The notes under the pieces: generated by a model | Seen by the model: only the letters and a program-made list of their open reading frames with translations | Told to the model about the DNA's origin: nothing | Database searches by the model: none | In this document: positions 32,774-42,972 of the stretch, piece after piece | Position numbering within the stretch: the stretch's first letter is position 1 | How the letters are laid out: each line of letters begins with the position of its first letter | Assembly: GCA_965261395.1 (NCBI GenBank) | Contig: OZ253462.1 | Coordinates: 2,912,001-2,976,000 of the forward strand | Source of the DNA: Candidatus Latescibacterota bacterium | GTDB taxonomy: Bacteria; Latescibacterota; UBA2968; UBA8231 | Length of the DNA stretch: 64,000 nt | Direction: 5' to 3' | Position numbers and translations under genes: made by a program

Positions 32774-33346
32774 ATGGAACCGCGCATTTTCCCCATCCAC
32801 CCGCCATCCGCTGCCCTGTTCGGCAAAGTGCTGGCCGCATCTTTTGCTGTGATTACCGCCTTTTTCGCCGTGCTGACCCTCGCGCTCTACGCGGCCATTG
32901 ACCCGGACGGCCCGGTCGCCCGCATCGCCGCGCCCGTGGCCTTGGGTTCGTCTTACACGCTGATGCTGTTCATATTTTTCTCGGTTTTCACTTGGTTTTA
33001 CTTGAGCGCCCGCCGCACGGATTTCGTCTTGATAGAGGGGCATCTGCTCATCCGCAACAGCGCCCACGGCAAGCACTTCACCTATGACGAGCTAAAGGTG
33101 GAGGAGGCCCGCGTCGTCGATTTGCCGGCCGCGCCCCAATACCGGCCTGGGACCAAAATTTTTGCCATCAGCGCGTTCTTTTTTTACGGCGGGGCGTTTT
33201 ATCTGCGGAGTGGGGAGAAGGGGCACGTGTTCTATACGGGTGCGCCGCGCGCTGTGTACATTCCAACGCACGGCTCCCATGCCCTCTTGCTCGGCCCAGC
33301 CGATCCAGCCGTCTTTTTGCACGCTTTGCAAGAAGCGGCGCAGTAG
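32774..33346 (+). CDS. Membrane protein with bacterial PH-like domain
   Basis: Two TM helices followed by G.F.LRSGEK..VYIPT...LLG pattern. Confidence 0.55.
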   Translation: MEPRIFPIHPPSAALFGKVLAASFAVITAFFAVLTLALYAAIDPDGPVARIAAPVALGSSYTLMLFIFFSVFTWFYLSARRTDFVLIEGHLLIRNSAHGKHFTYDELKVEEARVVDLPAAPQYRPGTKIFAISAFFFYGGAFYLRSGEKGHVFYTGAPRAVYIPTHGSHALLLGPADPAVFLHALQEAAQ

Positions 33347-33370
33347 GGGCGACCGGCCGGTCGCCCCTAC
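33343..33370. repeat. GTAG-type REP palindrome
   Basis: Perfect palindrome GTAGGGGCGACCGGCCGGTCGCCCCTAC; partial arm at 34412. Confidence 0.75.
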
Positions 33371-33398
33371 CTTCTAACACCTTTTGGAGGAGATTTTC

Positions 33399-34415
33399 AT
33401 GGCCTATCACGTATATGTTTCAAACTCGGGCAGCAACTTTTTATCGCATTTCCTGATGGACGAAGACACCGGCGCGTTAGAGCCGCAGCCCAATGTCGAG
33501 TTGGAGGACTCCCCTGGGGCGGTGGCCACGCGCCCAGACGGGACTCAGATGTTCGTGGCCCTGCGCTCGGCCCAAAAACTGGCTAGCTATGCGGTTGATG
33601 GGGAGAAGGGGACGCTGGTCAAGCTGGCGGAGACGAGCCTAGAAGAAGGCCCGCCCTATCTGTTTTTGGACAACACCGGTGCCTTTTTGTTGTCGTCCTA
33701 TTATGGGTCAGGTCAGGTCGCCGTGCACGGCGTGGCTGCGGACGGCGCACTCTCGGCCGAGCCGCTGCAAACGATCCCCACCGCAGTACGCGCCCACAGC
33801 ATTCAAACCGACCGTGCGAACCGCTTTGCCTTTGTGCCGCACACCAACCCATCCAACGCGATATTTCAGTTTCGCTTTGACGAGCAAACCGGGCGGCTGA
33901 CGCCCAACGATCCGCCCAAGATACAACCAGCCACGCCCGAAGGCCCGCGCCACTTTGCCTTCCACCCGACCCGCGACCTGCTCTATTCAATCAACGAAAA
34001 CGGCAGCACGGCTTCGGCCCACCACTTCGACCCGGAGGCCGGGACGCTGTCGTCGTTTCAGGTTATCTCGACCTTGCCGGAGGGGTTTGACCGCGAGGAC
34101 AACACGACAGCGGAAATAAAGATCACGCCCGACGGCCAGTTTCTCTACGGGTCCAATCGCGGCCACGATTCCTTGGCCCTCTTTGCCATTGGCGACGATG
34201 GGCGGCTGACGGCCAAAGGACACTACCCGACTGAGGCCACGCCCCGCTTTTTCGAGCTGGATCCGAGTGGCCGCTTTGTCTGTTCGGCTGGTCAGGGATC
34301 GGGACGGATGACCTCGTACCGCATTGACGCCACTACTGGTGCGCTAACGCCCTTAGAGCAACATGACGTAGGCGACACCCCGCTGTGGATCACCTTCGTC
34401 AAACAGGGATCGTAG
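33399..34415 (+). CDS. 6-phosphogluconolactonase-like lactonase (beta-propeller)
   Basis: GPRHFAFHP, YGSNRGHDS, TPRFF. Confidence 0.9.
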   Translation: MAYHVYVSNSGSNFLSHFLMDEDTGALEPQPNVELEDSPGAVATRPDGTQMFVALRSAQKLASYAVDGEKGTLVKLAETSLEEGPPYLFLDNTGAFLLSSYYGSGQVAVHGVAADGALSAEPLQTIPTAVRAHSIQTDRANRFAFVPHTNPSNAIFQFRFDEQTGRLTPNDPPKIQPATPEGPRHFAFHPTRDLLYSINENGSTASAHHFDPEAGTLSSFQVISTLPEGFDREDNTTAEIKITPDGQFLYGSNRGHDSLALFAIGDDGRLTAKGHYPTEATPRFFELDPSGRFVCSAGQGSGRMTSYRIDATTGALTPLEQHDVGDTPLWITFVKQGS

Positions 34416-34518
34416 GGGCGAGAGGAAGGCGACTGGGTAGAACAAGGCGATACACTAGTAGAGTTGTAAGATGGTCGCGGATTCCGAAAGATAGATTAGG
34501 GTACTGAGCCATCAATGC

Positions 34519-34558
34519 TTGCGAGTCGTCCAAGCAATGTTATCTTTACTAGTAAAGA
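34519..34558 (+). promoter_or_regulatory. TA promoter (TTGCGA..TGnTATCTT) with palindromic operator TCTTTACTAGTAAAGA
   Basis: 16 bp perfect palindrome at 34543-34558 overlapping the -10, upstream of AbrB antitoxin. Confidence 0.6.
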
Positions 34559-34605
34559 ATGTAAAGACCTTTGCTCTCCTTACCTCTACCCAAGCCAATC
34601 CACTT

Positions 34606-34827
34606 ATGGACCCGATCCGAATCAGCACGATCTCATCCAAAGGCCAAACCACGGTGCCCGTGGCCATTCGCCGTTCGCTGGATCTACATCCGGGGGACGC
34701 CATCGCCTATCGAGTAGAAGGCGATAAGGTCAGCATCCACAAAGCCGCAAAAATCGACTTAGAGTGGGTCAAGGCTCTCGAACAAACCCTGGCGGAGTGG
34801 CAGGACGAGGAAGACGATGATCTGTAG
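34606..34827 (+). CDS. AbrB/MazE-type antitoxin
   Basis: SSKGQTTVPVAIR..L.L.PGD. Confidence 0.88.
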   Translation: MDPIRISTISSKGQTTVPVAIRRSLDLHPGDAIAYRVEGDKVSIHKAAKIDLEWVKALEQTLAEWQDEEDDDL

Positions 34828-35152
34828 CCGCTTTGACATCGTTGATGTGCCTTTCCCGTTCAGCGATGTGCCCTACGCCAAACGCCGCAAGGCCCTGGTA
34901 CTGTCCGACGCTGTTTTTAACCAGAAAAACGCCTCCAGCCTGCTTATGATGCTCACCAGCGCCGCCCGCAGTGCTTGGCATCTCGATGTGTCGCTCGAGC
35001 AGTGGAACCAAGCCGGCTTGCGCAAACCCTGTCTCGCCCGGATGAAGCTGTTCACGTTGGACAACGGACTCATTCTCGGTACGGTGGGGCGCTTGACAGC
35101 GGAAGACCAGCGGAGGGTAACTCAGGCACTGCGAGCGGCACTGCCCTGCTGA
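34817..35152 (+). CDS. PemK/MazF family toxin
   Basis: FDIVDVPFPFSD...KRRKALVLS. Confidence 0.88.
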   Translation: MICSRFDIVDVPFPFSDVPYAKRRKALVLSDAVFNQKNASSLLMMLTSAARSAWHLDVSLEQWNQAGLRKPCLARMKLFTLDNGLILGTVGRLTAEDQRRVTQALRAALPC

Positions 35153-35287
35153 CTTAGACCCCAGACCACCCAACCGCAGCGCCTTTTGCGGATTTGTTAA
35201 TCCTTTACGCCGGGTTTCAGCACCAATCCCATCTCGTGTCAGACGGCTGTCCGCACCGATGCTCACCCGGTGTCAGCCGGTCGCAGA

Positions 35288-35782
35288 TTATTGGTCCGCT
35301 AAAGGGCCGAGCAATTCGTCTAGTTTGGCCTTGAGCTTTTTCTCGTCGCCGGGCCGATATCCTTGGTGCTTGTACCACACCGTCCCGTCGGCTGCAATAA
35401 TCAGGGTCGCCGGGACGCCCGCTAGGTGGAACTGCTTGAGCACCTCGTTGGTCTTGTCGAGCAAGACCGGCAATTTGAGCTTGTGGCGCTGCATAAAGGG
35501 CCGCACCTTGGGCAGGTTTCTGGGGCCATCGACATTGATCGTCAGTACTTGGACGCCGCGCTTGGCGTATTCTTCGGATAGGGATTGGAGCTTGGGTAGG
35601 CTCTTGATACAGGGCTTGCACCAAGTCGCCCAGAAGTCGAAGACCACCGGCCCTTTTTTGAGCGTTTCCACCAGCGAAAAGGTTGAGCCGTCGAGATTTT
35701 CCAACACGAGTTGCGGTGCCTTTTCGGCGCGAGCCGCGCCGCCGAGTAGCAAGCAGGTTGCCAATGCGAAAATTGGTTTCAT
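35288..35782 (-). CDS. TlpA-family thiol-disulfide oxidoreductase
   Basis: DFWATWCKPC, signal peptide. Confidence 0.92.
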   Translation of the reverse strand: MKPIFALATCLLLGGAARAEKAPQLVLENLDGSTFSLVETLKKGPVVFDFWATWCKPCIKSLPKLQSLSEEYAKRGVQVLTINVDGPRNLPKVRPFMQRHKLKLPVLLDKTNEVLKQFHLAGVPATLIIAADGTVWYKHQGYRPGDEKKLKAKLDELLGPLADQ

Positions 35783-35817
35783 TTTAAGGCTCCGTTCTCA
35801 GCTATAGGATCCAAGCC

Positions 35818-37341
35818 ATGCGTTCAGTTTTTGCATTTGTACTGCTGCTAGCAGCCCCCCTCCAAGCCGAGTTGCGTCTTTCGACCCTGACCGAAGCCCA
35901 AGTCGGCAATCTGCCCGGCGCACAGCCCAGCGATTTGCGGACGATCTACCATCAGTTCAGCCTCGACTATGCAGTCGCCGATCTCCAGTTCGGAGTTCGC
36001 GGCGAGACCTTCGGCGCTAGCGCCTCCAGCCGCAACTATGGCGAGCTTCTCCAGCGCTCCGCTGTCTATCGCCGGAGTGGCTTCGAGGCCACCGTCGGGA
36101 ATTTCTACACCATCGTCGGCAGCGGCCTGCTCCTCCACGCCTTTGAACTGCCCGGCGTCATCACCGAGGAGCGGGGTCGCCGTCGCCGCTACCAGATCGT
36201 GCGCGACCTCGATGGCGTTCAGGTGCGCTACCGCGCCAAGCGGGCCGAAGTGTTGCTGTTGCGCGGTGCGCCGATCAACAGTGCCCTGCCGCCCGGATTG
36301 GAGGGGATTGACCGTCGGCCGGACGCGCTCCACGCTGGCTCGCTCCAGCTCAAGCCGCACCCGCATTTCGACGTTGGTGTTAGCGCCATCCGCTACCCAG
36401 CCGGCAGGCGGCAAGAAACGAGCGCGGCCTTCAATGCCCGCTGGCGACTCGCGTCTGTGCTGGCTCGCCTCGGCCTCGCCGGAGTCTATGCCGATGTCCA
36501 AGGCGAGTACGCTCAGCGCGATGTGGCGCTCAAGCGCTTCTTTTCGCTCGACCGCAGTTTGGGCCGCGCCCTGTATCTGGCGGTCACCTTGGCATCTGGG
36601 CCGTGGGGATTGAGCTTGGAATACAAAGACTACGAGGATTTTGCCCTCGAACACATCAACAATCCGCCGCCCCTGATCCGCGAACACTCGGCCTATCTCC
36701 TCAACCGCATCACGCACGATGTGCTCGCCGACGACGAGCAGGGCTACCAAGCCGAACTGAGTTACGCCCTACCTAGCGGCCAAACCCTCACCACCAATGC
36801 GACTCGCGCCACGCGCCGCGGCGACCCAGGCGCAGCCGACGACAATATCCTGCGCGAATTCTTTGTGGAGGTGGAGTCGCCCTTGGGGCAACGCGCCGAT
36901 GTGCAGCTTTTTGCCGACTTTAGCCACAATCAGATTCTCCTCGACGACAAGAGCCGCCTCTTGGGCACGCACTGGGAGTGGTTTCCAGACGGGTCCTACA
37001 CCTTCGAGTTCGACGCCCAGTTCCAAGACGTCGATCGGCGGTTCGGCGACCTCGCGCTTCCTTACACCAATCACTACTATGCGCTAGCAGTCCACCGCGC
37101 CCCCAGTCTCTCCGCCGCCGTGCAGATTCAGCGCACCTCCGACGAATTGGAAACCGGGGCCGATCCCTCTGGCATCACTTGGTGGCGGGGCCTCAACATC
37201 GGTGCCGACATTGGCGAGGGCCACATCATCAATGTTTTCGCCGGCCAGCGCCGCTCGGGGCTAGCCTGCACGGCGGGTATCTGCTATGAGGTGCTAGGGT
37301 TCAAGGGCGTCGAAGTCCGGCTGCTCAACCGCTTCTTCTGA
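35818..37341 (+). CDS. DUF6029-like outer membrane protein
   Basis: Signal peptide, GNFY..VGSGLLL, EYKDY, C-terminal GLACTAGIC. Confidence 0.7.
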   Translation: MRSVFAFVLLLAAPLQAELRLSTLTEAQVGNLPGAQPSDLRTIYHQFSLDYAVADLQFGVRGETFGASASSRNYGELLQRSAVYRRSGFEATVGNFYTIVGSGLLLHAFELPGVITEERGRRRRYQIVRDLDGVQVRYRAKRAEVLLLRGAPINSALPPGLEGIDRRPDALHAGSLQLKPHPHFDVGVSAIRYPAGRRQETSAAFNARWRLASVLARLGLAGVYADVQGEYAQRDVALKRFFSLDRSLGRALYLAVTLASGPWGLSLEYKDYEDFALEHINNPPPLIREHSAYLLNRITHDVLADDEQGYQAELSYALPSGQTLTTNATRATRRGDPGAADDNILREFFVEVESPLGQRADVQLFADFSHNQILLDDKSRLLGTHWEWFPDGSYTFEFDAQFQDVDRRFGDLALPYTNHYYALAVHRAPSLSAAVQIQRTSDELETGADPSGITWWRGLNIGADIGEGHIINVFAGQRRSGLACTAGICYEVLGFKGVEVRLLNRFF

Positions 37342-37343
37342 TC

Positions 37344-38186
37344 TCACTGGAGCAGCAGCAGTTTGCGGACCTCTGTGTACTCGCCGGCTCGCAACTGGTA
37401 GAGGTACACTCCGCTGGTCACTGCTCGCCCTGTTTGGTCGCGGCCGTCCCAGCGCACGGAGAACGTCCCGGCCGCGCGAGGCCCCTGTACGAGCACGGCC
37501 ACCGGCTGGCCGAGCAAATTGTAGATCGTCAGCTCGACTTGGCTCGGCTGCGGCAGCGCGAAGCGGATCACCGTATTGCTGTTGAACGGATTGGGCGCGT
37601 TTTGCGCTAGCGAAAAGGCTTGGGGGACGGATGCCTGATTAGACGTCTCCACCGCCGTTTCCACCGTTTCCACCACTTCCTCCTCGATGGGAGGCAGATC
37701 GGCCAGCGCCAGCACCACCTCTTCGCGGAGTTCGTCCATGGGGATCAGGAAATTGGTTTTGAAGCGGATGAAACCCTCGTGGTCGATGATGGCAAAGGTC
37801 TGATAGGCTTGCCCATAGGCGTTTGCCATCTGGCTGGCGTTGAGCAGGAAGGGCATGGTCGCGCCCTTGCCTAAGCGCCAGCGGGTGTGGACCTGTTCAG
37901 CGGTGCCGTCCCACACATCCGCTCCCAAGGCGACAAAGCGCTCGTCGGCAAATTCCTGCCAAAGTTCTTCGAAGCTCTCGGCACGCGAGAGACAAACCCC
38001 TCAGCTATAGCCAAGAAAGAAAATCAGCACGACTTGACCCTCGAAGTCGCTCAAGGTCGCCTGGCCGCCGTCGAGCCGATCTAAGCGGAAATCTGGGGCC
38101 GAATCTCCTATTCGCGACGCTTGGGCATTTATAGCTGAAGCCCCCAACACCGCTAAAGTTGCCAAATGCAATAAAGGTTTGTTCAT
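37344..38186 (-). CDS. Selenocysteine-containing AhpC/TSA-like redoxin (UxxC) with C-terminal FlgD-Ig/T9SS-like domain
   Basis: In-frame TGA at 38003-38001 gives FFLGYS-U-GVC and joins the two ORF-track fragments; hairpin CTCTCG-CGTGC-CGAGAG follows the UGA. Confidence 0.85.
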
Positions 38187-38197
38187 CACTAACCTCC

Positions 38198-39058
38198 TTA
38201 GTTTTGCCGCACGAATTTCTGAATGCGATGATCGGTTTGCACTTCCCCAACGTAGAGGTCGCCTCTTGAGTCCATCCAAATGCCGTGGGGGCAGCCGAGG
38301 AATTCCCCTGGTTGGTCAATGCGCTCGCCCGATCCCCACTGGGCGAGCCATTCGCCGTCGAGGTTGAGAATGCTCACTCGCTGGTCGAGTTCCGCAACAT
38401 AGACCGTATCTCCGTCGAGGAAAATGGTATCGGGATGGTGGAAGCCGCCCCACTCCTCTAGGTAGTTGCCGTCGAGGTCGAAGAACTGGATGCGGTTGTT
38501 GGCGCGGTCGGCCACCATCAGCCGTCCGCGCTGGTCCACGCGCACGCAGTGGGGCAGATCGAACTCCCCCGGGCCGGTGCCCGGACGGCCCCACGTCTTG
38601 ATGAATTCGCCGTCGGGTGAATACTTGTGGATACAGGCGTTGCCGTAGCCGTCAGACACGTAGATACAGCCATCGGCGTCGAGCGCCAAGTCGGTAGGTA
38701 GCCGGAAGGGCTGGCCCTCCGCGCCCTCTTGGTCTGGCGTTCCCAAGGTCATCAGCAGTTCGCCGTCGCGGGTGAACTGGCGCACGCAGTGGGTTTCGCG
38801 CTCGACGCACCAGATTTGGTCGCGGTCGTCGATAAAGATGCCGTGAGCGTCCTTCAGCACCTCTTCGCCCCACGAGGCGATGAAGCGCCCCTCGCGGTCG
38901 AAGACGACCATGGGATGCTCGCTGCGGCTGTACACATAGACCCGATCTGCGGAGTCGCAGGCCACGGCCGGAATCCAGCCAAAGTTCCAGCCCTCTGGCA
39001 ACTCAAACCAGTCTTGCTGTACTGCATAGGTGAATGCTCCGCTACCTACTAATGTCAT
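38198..39058 (-). CDS. NHL-repeat peptidyl-alpha-hydroxyglycine amidating lyase family protein
   Basis: HGIFID, YVSDGYGN, PGEFDLPH, DRANNRIQ. Confidence 0.88.
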   Translation of the reverse strand: MTLVGSGAFTYAVQQDWFELPEGWNFGWIPAVACDSADRVYVYSRSEHPMVVFDREGRFIASWGEEVLKDAHGIFIDDRDQIWCVERETHCVRQFTRDGELLMTLGTPDQEGAEGQPFRLPTDLALDADGCIYVSDGYGNACIHKYSPDGEFIKTWGRPGTGPGEFDLPHCVRVDQRGRLMVADRANNRIQFFDLDGNYLEEWGGFHHPDTIFLDGDTVYVAELDQRVSILNLDGEWLAQWGSGERIDQPGEFLGCPHGIWMDSRGDLYVGEVQTDHRIQKFVRQN

Positions 39059-39104
39059 GGGACTCTCCTCGTTACAATGGTCTGTGTGCTTCTGTTTAGA
39101 TAAC

Positions 39105-40028
39105 TCAAACCGCCCGCAACCTCTCCATTTCGTCGGCGGACAAAAGCCGCGCTCCGGCTGCGGCGTTGGCGCGGGCTTGGGCCGCCGACTTGGCACCGGG
39201 GATGGCCACGGGTGCGGCCGGTTGGGAAATGATGTACTGGAGGGCTTTTTCCACCATGGCCTCTCCGGGCGCGACGACCTCGGCGAGGCGCTCGACTTGC
39301 GCTAGCTTGGCCTCGAATGCGGCTCGTTGCGCTGCGCCCGCGTTGAAGGATTGTCGTATTTCGTCGGTAAAAACCGACTCCTTGGTGTAGCGCCCAGACA
39401 AAAGCCCCTTGGCCAGCGGCCCTCGCACCAGTACGGCAATGCCGTGCTCTTGGCAATAGGGCAAAAGCTCGGCTTCGGACTGGAGGTTGACCAGCGAATA
39501 GTCTATCTCCACCACTGAGCAGTCACCCCGGGCGTTGAAGCGCTGGAGCACTTCTAGGCTGTCAGTCGAAATGCCAAAGGCCCGCAGCCGCCCCTCCTCA
39601 ACGAGCGCGGCAAAGGCGTCCAAGTAGATCGATGGATCGGCGATGTTGCCTTCGTGGCACAGCAGTACGTCGTGCCAGTCCGTGCGCAGCCGGTGCAGGG
39701 ACGCGTGGGCGCACAGGCGGATCATATCGACCGTGGTTTTGGGCACGCCCTGCCCGGTGCGCGCCCCCCAATTGCCGATTTTGCTGACCACAAAAACTTG
39801 GTGCCGGATGCCGGCCAAGGCGCGCCCCAACCGCTCCTCCGACAGCCCGTTGGGCGTGCCGTAGGACTCAGCCGCGTCAAAGAGGTTGACGCCGCAATCA
39901 AAGGCTGTGTTCACGGTGTCCCAAGCTGTGGCTTCGTCTATGGCTCCCCATTGGTTGCCAATGTTCCAGGTTCCCAAACCGATGGCCGAGACCTGCCAGC
40001 CGGTCCGGCCAAATGCTCTGTACAACAT
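39105..40028 (-). CDS. Aldo/keto reductase
   Basis: SAIGLGTW, FDAAESYG, IPGAK. Confidence 0.92.
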   Translation of the reverse strand: MLYRAFGRTGWQVSAIGLGTWNIGNQWGAIDEATAWDTVNTAFDCGVNLFDAAESYGTPNGLSEERLGRALAGIRHQVFVVSKIGNWGARTGQGVPKTTVDMIRLCAHASLHRLRTDWHDVLLCHEGNIADPSIYLDAFAALVEEGRLRAFGISTDSLEVLQRFNARGDCSVVEIDYSLVNLQSEAELLPYCQEHGIAVLVRGPLAKGLLSGRYTKESVFTDEIRQSFNAGAAQRAAFEAKLAQVERLAEVVAPGEAMVEKALQYIISQPAAPVAIPGAKSAAQARANAAAGARLLSADEMERLRAV

Positions 40029-40140
40029 GTGTTGTCTCCTTTCTGCGTTTCAAGGTAAGCGACTGCCTGCGTTGGTCAAGCGGTGCGCGTTGCTGGGGAT
40101 AGCCGAGGTTCCTACCTTAAATACATTAATGGAGGCTGCT

Positions 40141-40341
40141 ATGGAATATTTTGGCAAAGGGCTGTACCTAGTTTTCTTCGCGCTAATTTTCTGGTTCGTC
40201 CACCGGGCTCACGGTCGCGGCCTCGGCCGCCTTGTCGAGGACAACCACCGGGCACACGAGCGGGTCCACCACACCCTAAAAGAGCACCCGGAAGGCGGCA
40301 CGTGGCCCCAATACAAGCAATGGATGGAGGAGGCAGCATGA
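40141..40341 (+). CDS. Small hypothetical membrane protein coupled to msrA
   Basis: GGAGG RBS, one TM helix, ATGA overlap with msrA. Confidence 0.5.
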   Translation: MEYFGKGLYLVFFALIFWFVHRAHGRGLGRLVEDNHRAHERVHHTLKEHPEGGTWPQYKQWMEEAA

Positions 40342-40880
40342 CTTTGGAAACTACTACTTTGGGCGCGGGTTGCTTCTGGTGCGTCGAAGCCGTGTATCAA
40401 GACCTGCGGGGGGTCGCCAGCGCGGTCTCCGGCTATATGGGCGGTCCGTCGGAAAAACCCACGTACCAGGCCGTTTGCAGCGGCCAGACCGGCCACGCCG
40501 AGGTCTTACAACTGCAATTCGACCCCGAGGCCATTAGCTTTGATGACGTGCTCTATATCTTCTGGCGCACGCACGACCCCACCACGCTCAACCGCCAGGG
40601 CGCGGACTCCGGCACCCAGTACCGCTCGGTGATTTTCTACCACAGCCCCAAGCAGCAAGCGGCGGCTATCGCCTCTAGGGCCGCCACGGACGCGAGCGAT
40701 CTTTGGGCCGATCCGATTGTGACCGAGATCGCGCCCGCCAGCGCCTTTTGGCCGGCCGAGTCGTACCACCAAAACTACTACCGGCTCAATTCCAACCAGC
40801 CCTACTGCGCGATAGTTATCGATCCCAAGATGCGCAAGTTCCGCCGGGAGTTTGCCGACCGCCTCCAGCCGACTGCCTAG
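40338..40880 (+). CDS. msrA: Peptide-methionine (S)-S-oxide reductase
   Basis: GCFWC, GHAE, HDPTTLNRQG, AESYHQNYY. Confidence 0.96.
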   Translation: MTLETTTLGAGCFWCVEAVYQDLRGVASAVSGYMGGPSEKPTYQAVCSGQTGHAEVLQLQFDPEAISFDDVLYIFWRTHDPTTLNRQGADSGTQYRSVIFYHSPKQQAAAIASRAATDASDLWADPIVTEIAPASAFWPAESYHQNYYRLNSNQPYCAIVIDPKMRKFRREFADRLQPTA

Positions 40881-40885
40881 GCGTC

Positions 40886-42037
40886 GTGTCCACTGCCATC
40901 AGCCGGCTGCACGCCGCAGACTTTGAAGAGGCCCTCGACGTCCTCAACCTCGCCTTTGGCAAAGCGCCGCCCCGGGATTTTGAGGCCATTTTGCCGGCTC
41001 TGTACCGGTGTGGGGAAGAGGAGATGAACTGGAACTTTGCCTTGCGCGAAAGCGGTCGCATCCGCGCCGTCGTCGGGCTGTTCCCCCTCGCTTACCGATG
41101 GGGAGGTGCGACTCTGCGCGTGGCTGGTATCGGCGGCGTTTCCTGCCATCCGCACGCCCGCGGCCGGGGCTACATGCAGCAGCTCATGGCCCATTGCGTC
41201 CAAGCCGCGCCCGCAGAGGGTTTTCACCTGTCTTGGCTGGGCGGACAGCGCCAGCGCTACGGCTATTTCGGCTACGAGAAGTGCGGCGTTTACTACCGGC
41301 TGACGCTGAGCCAAACCAATGTGCGCCACGTCTTGGGGGCCGCCGATTTTGGGATCGACTTTCACCCGCTCGCGCGCGAGGACCGCACGCACCTGCAAGG
41401 CGCGATTGGCCTGCACGACGCCCAGCCGTTTCGCGGGGTGCGCGATCCTCACCGCTTCTACGACCTGCTCTTGAGCTGGGGGCACCGACCCTATGTGGCC
41501 CGCTCGCGCGATGGCCGCATGATCGGCTACCTCGTGGCCCAAGCTGACCGGACGTGCGTCACCGAACTGTTAGCTGTCAATGAGGGCGAGCCTGAGTTGG
41601 ATATAGCCGCTGCTTGGGTGCAGCGCCACGGGAATACCTGCTTCGAGCTGCCGCCTTGGAGCCGCCTCCTGCCCAAGCTGGCTCAGCTCTGCGAAGGCGC
41701 GAGCGCGTCGAGTTCGGGCAACTGGCAGATTTTCGATTGGGCGACGACGCTCGACGCCTTGCTCAAGACGCGCGCCGCGCTAGTGCCGCTAATGGACGGC
41801 GCGGTCGTCGTGGAGATTGCGGGATACGGCCGGGTGGTGCTGGAGGTGCGAGGCAACGCCGCGCAGTGCGTCCGCACCGAGGCCGCGCCCGCGCTACAGA
41901 TGGATGCCTTCGCGGCCATGCGCCTGCTCTGCGGCCCCCTGCCGCCCTCGCTCGTGTTGCCCCTGCCTGCTGCGGCCGCCCCCCTCGAACAGTGGTGCCC
42001 CCTGCCGCTTTTTTTAGGCCGCCAAGACGCGGTCTAA
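40886..42037 (+). CDS. Eis-like GNAT acetyltransferase
   Basis: GIGGVSCHPHARGRGYM, RYGYFGYE, SCP2-like C-terminus. Confidence 0.8.
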   Translation: MSTAISRLHAADFEEALDVLNLAFGKAPPRDFEAILPALYRCGEEEMNWNFALRESGRIRAVVGLFPLAYRWGGATLRVAGIGGVSCHPHARGRGYMQQLMAHCVQAAPAEGFHLSWLGGQRQRYGYFGYEKCGVYYRLTLSQTNVRHVLGAADFGIDFHPLAREDRTHLQGAIGLHDAQPFRGVRDPHRFYDLLLSWGHRPYVARSRDGRMIGYLVAQADRTCVTELLAVNEGEPELDIAAAWVQRHGNTCFELPPWSRLLPKLAQLCEGASASSSGNWQIFDWATTLDALLKTRAALVPLMDGAVVVEIAGYGRVVLEVRGNAAQCVRTEAAPALQMDAFAAMRLLCGPLPPSLVLPLPAAAAPLEQWCPLPLFLGRQDAV

Positions 42038-42969
42038 TCCTGTAATACCCGCTCGGTGAATAGTTCGAGAAAACGCGCCTGATCCACGTCTATCGCACAG
42101 GCTACGGGCTGCCCTAGCCGCTCTTGGTCGCTTGCCAAGGTGCGCTGGTCAACTACCACCTGCCCGGCGGTTAGCTCGCCGGTGGTTTCCACATCCACCC
42201 ATAGTTGCTGCGTGCGAAAGAGCTGCGGCCACAGGGCCGCTCCCAAGGCCACGGGATCGTGCACGTGCATTCCGGCAAACCCGTAGTGCGCGGACTCAAA
42301 GGCGATCACCGGCTCACACGCTGCTTGGCAAAACGCAGCGCGCGTCCCTGTGCAAGCTTGCAAGGTGGCCTGCTTTAACCAGACCTGCTCAGTGCCGTCT
42401 AGCCCTACTAACACCAGCTCGGCCTCGGACGCGAGGACTTGGCGCGCTGCGTGCGGGTCGGCGTAGAAATTGAACTCGGCCGTTGGCGTGACATTGCCCG
42501 ACACTCGCATGGCTCCGCCCATGATCACCACTTGACGCGCCCGCCGCAGCACGCCCGGCACCTGCGCCTCGGCCTGCGCCAAGTTGGTCAACGGCCCGGT
42601 GGCGACGAGAGTCACCTCGCCGGGCCGCGCCTGCAAGGTACTCAGCAGAAATCCCACCCCATCGCCCGCTGGTGAGGTGCGCGCCTCGGGTAGTTGGGCC
42701 GCGCCTAGTCCCGTCACGCCGTGTACGTCGGCTGCGGCGACCGCGTCTCGCACCAAGGGCCGCTCTGCACCGACGTACACGGAAACGTCGGCCCGGCCCG
42801 CCCACTGCAACAGGCGCAGTGTGTTGTCGGTAGTCCGCAGTAGCGGCACATTGCCGGCCACTGTAGAGACGCCCACTAGCTCTACCTCGGGCGAGGACAG
42901 GGCCAAAAGCAGGGCGAGGGCATCGTCAACGCCCGTGTCGACGTCCATAATCAGGGGAGTTGCAGGCAA
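42034..42969 (-). CDS. Inosine-uridine-preferring nucleoside hydrolase
   Basis: DVDTGVDDA, TGPLTN, AEFNFYADP, HDP. Confidence 0.93.
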   Translation of the reverse strand: MPATPLIMDVDTGVDDALALLLALSSPEVELVGVSTVAGNVPLLRTTDNTLRLLQWAGRADVSVYVGAERPLVRDAVAAADVHGVTGLGAAQLPEARTSPAGDGVGFLLSTLQARPGEVTLVATGPLTNLAQAEAQVPGVLRRARQVVIMGGAMRVSGNVTPTAEFNFYADPHAARQVLASEAELVLVGLDGTEQVWLKQATLQACTGTRAAFCQAACEPVIAFESAHYGFAGMHVHDPVALGAALWPQLFRTQQLWVDVETTGELTAGQVVVDQRTLASDQERLGQPVACAIDVDQARFLELFTERVLQD

Positions 42970-42972
42970 CGC

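Noticed and set aside
40338-40880. MsrA as a second selenoprotein
   Set aside because: The active site is ordinary GCFWC with no in-frame TGA
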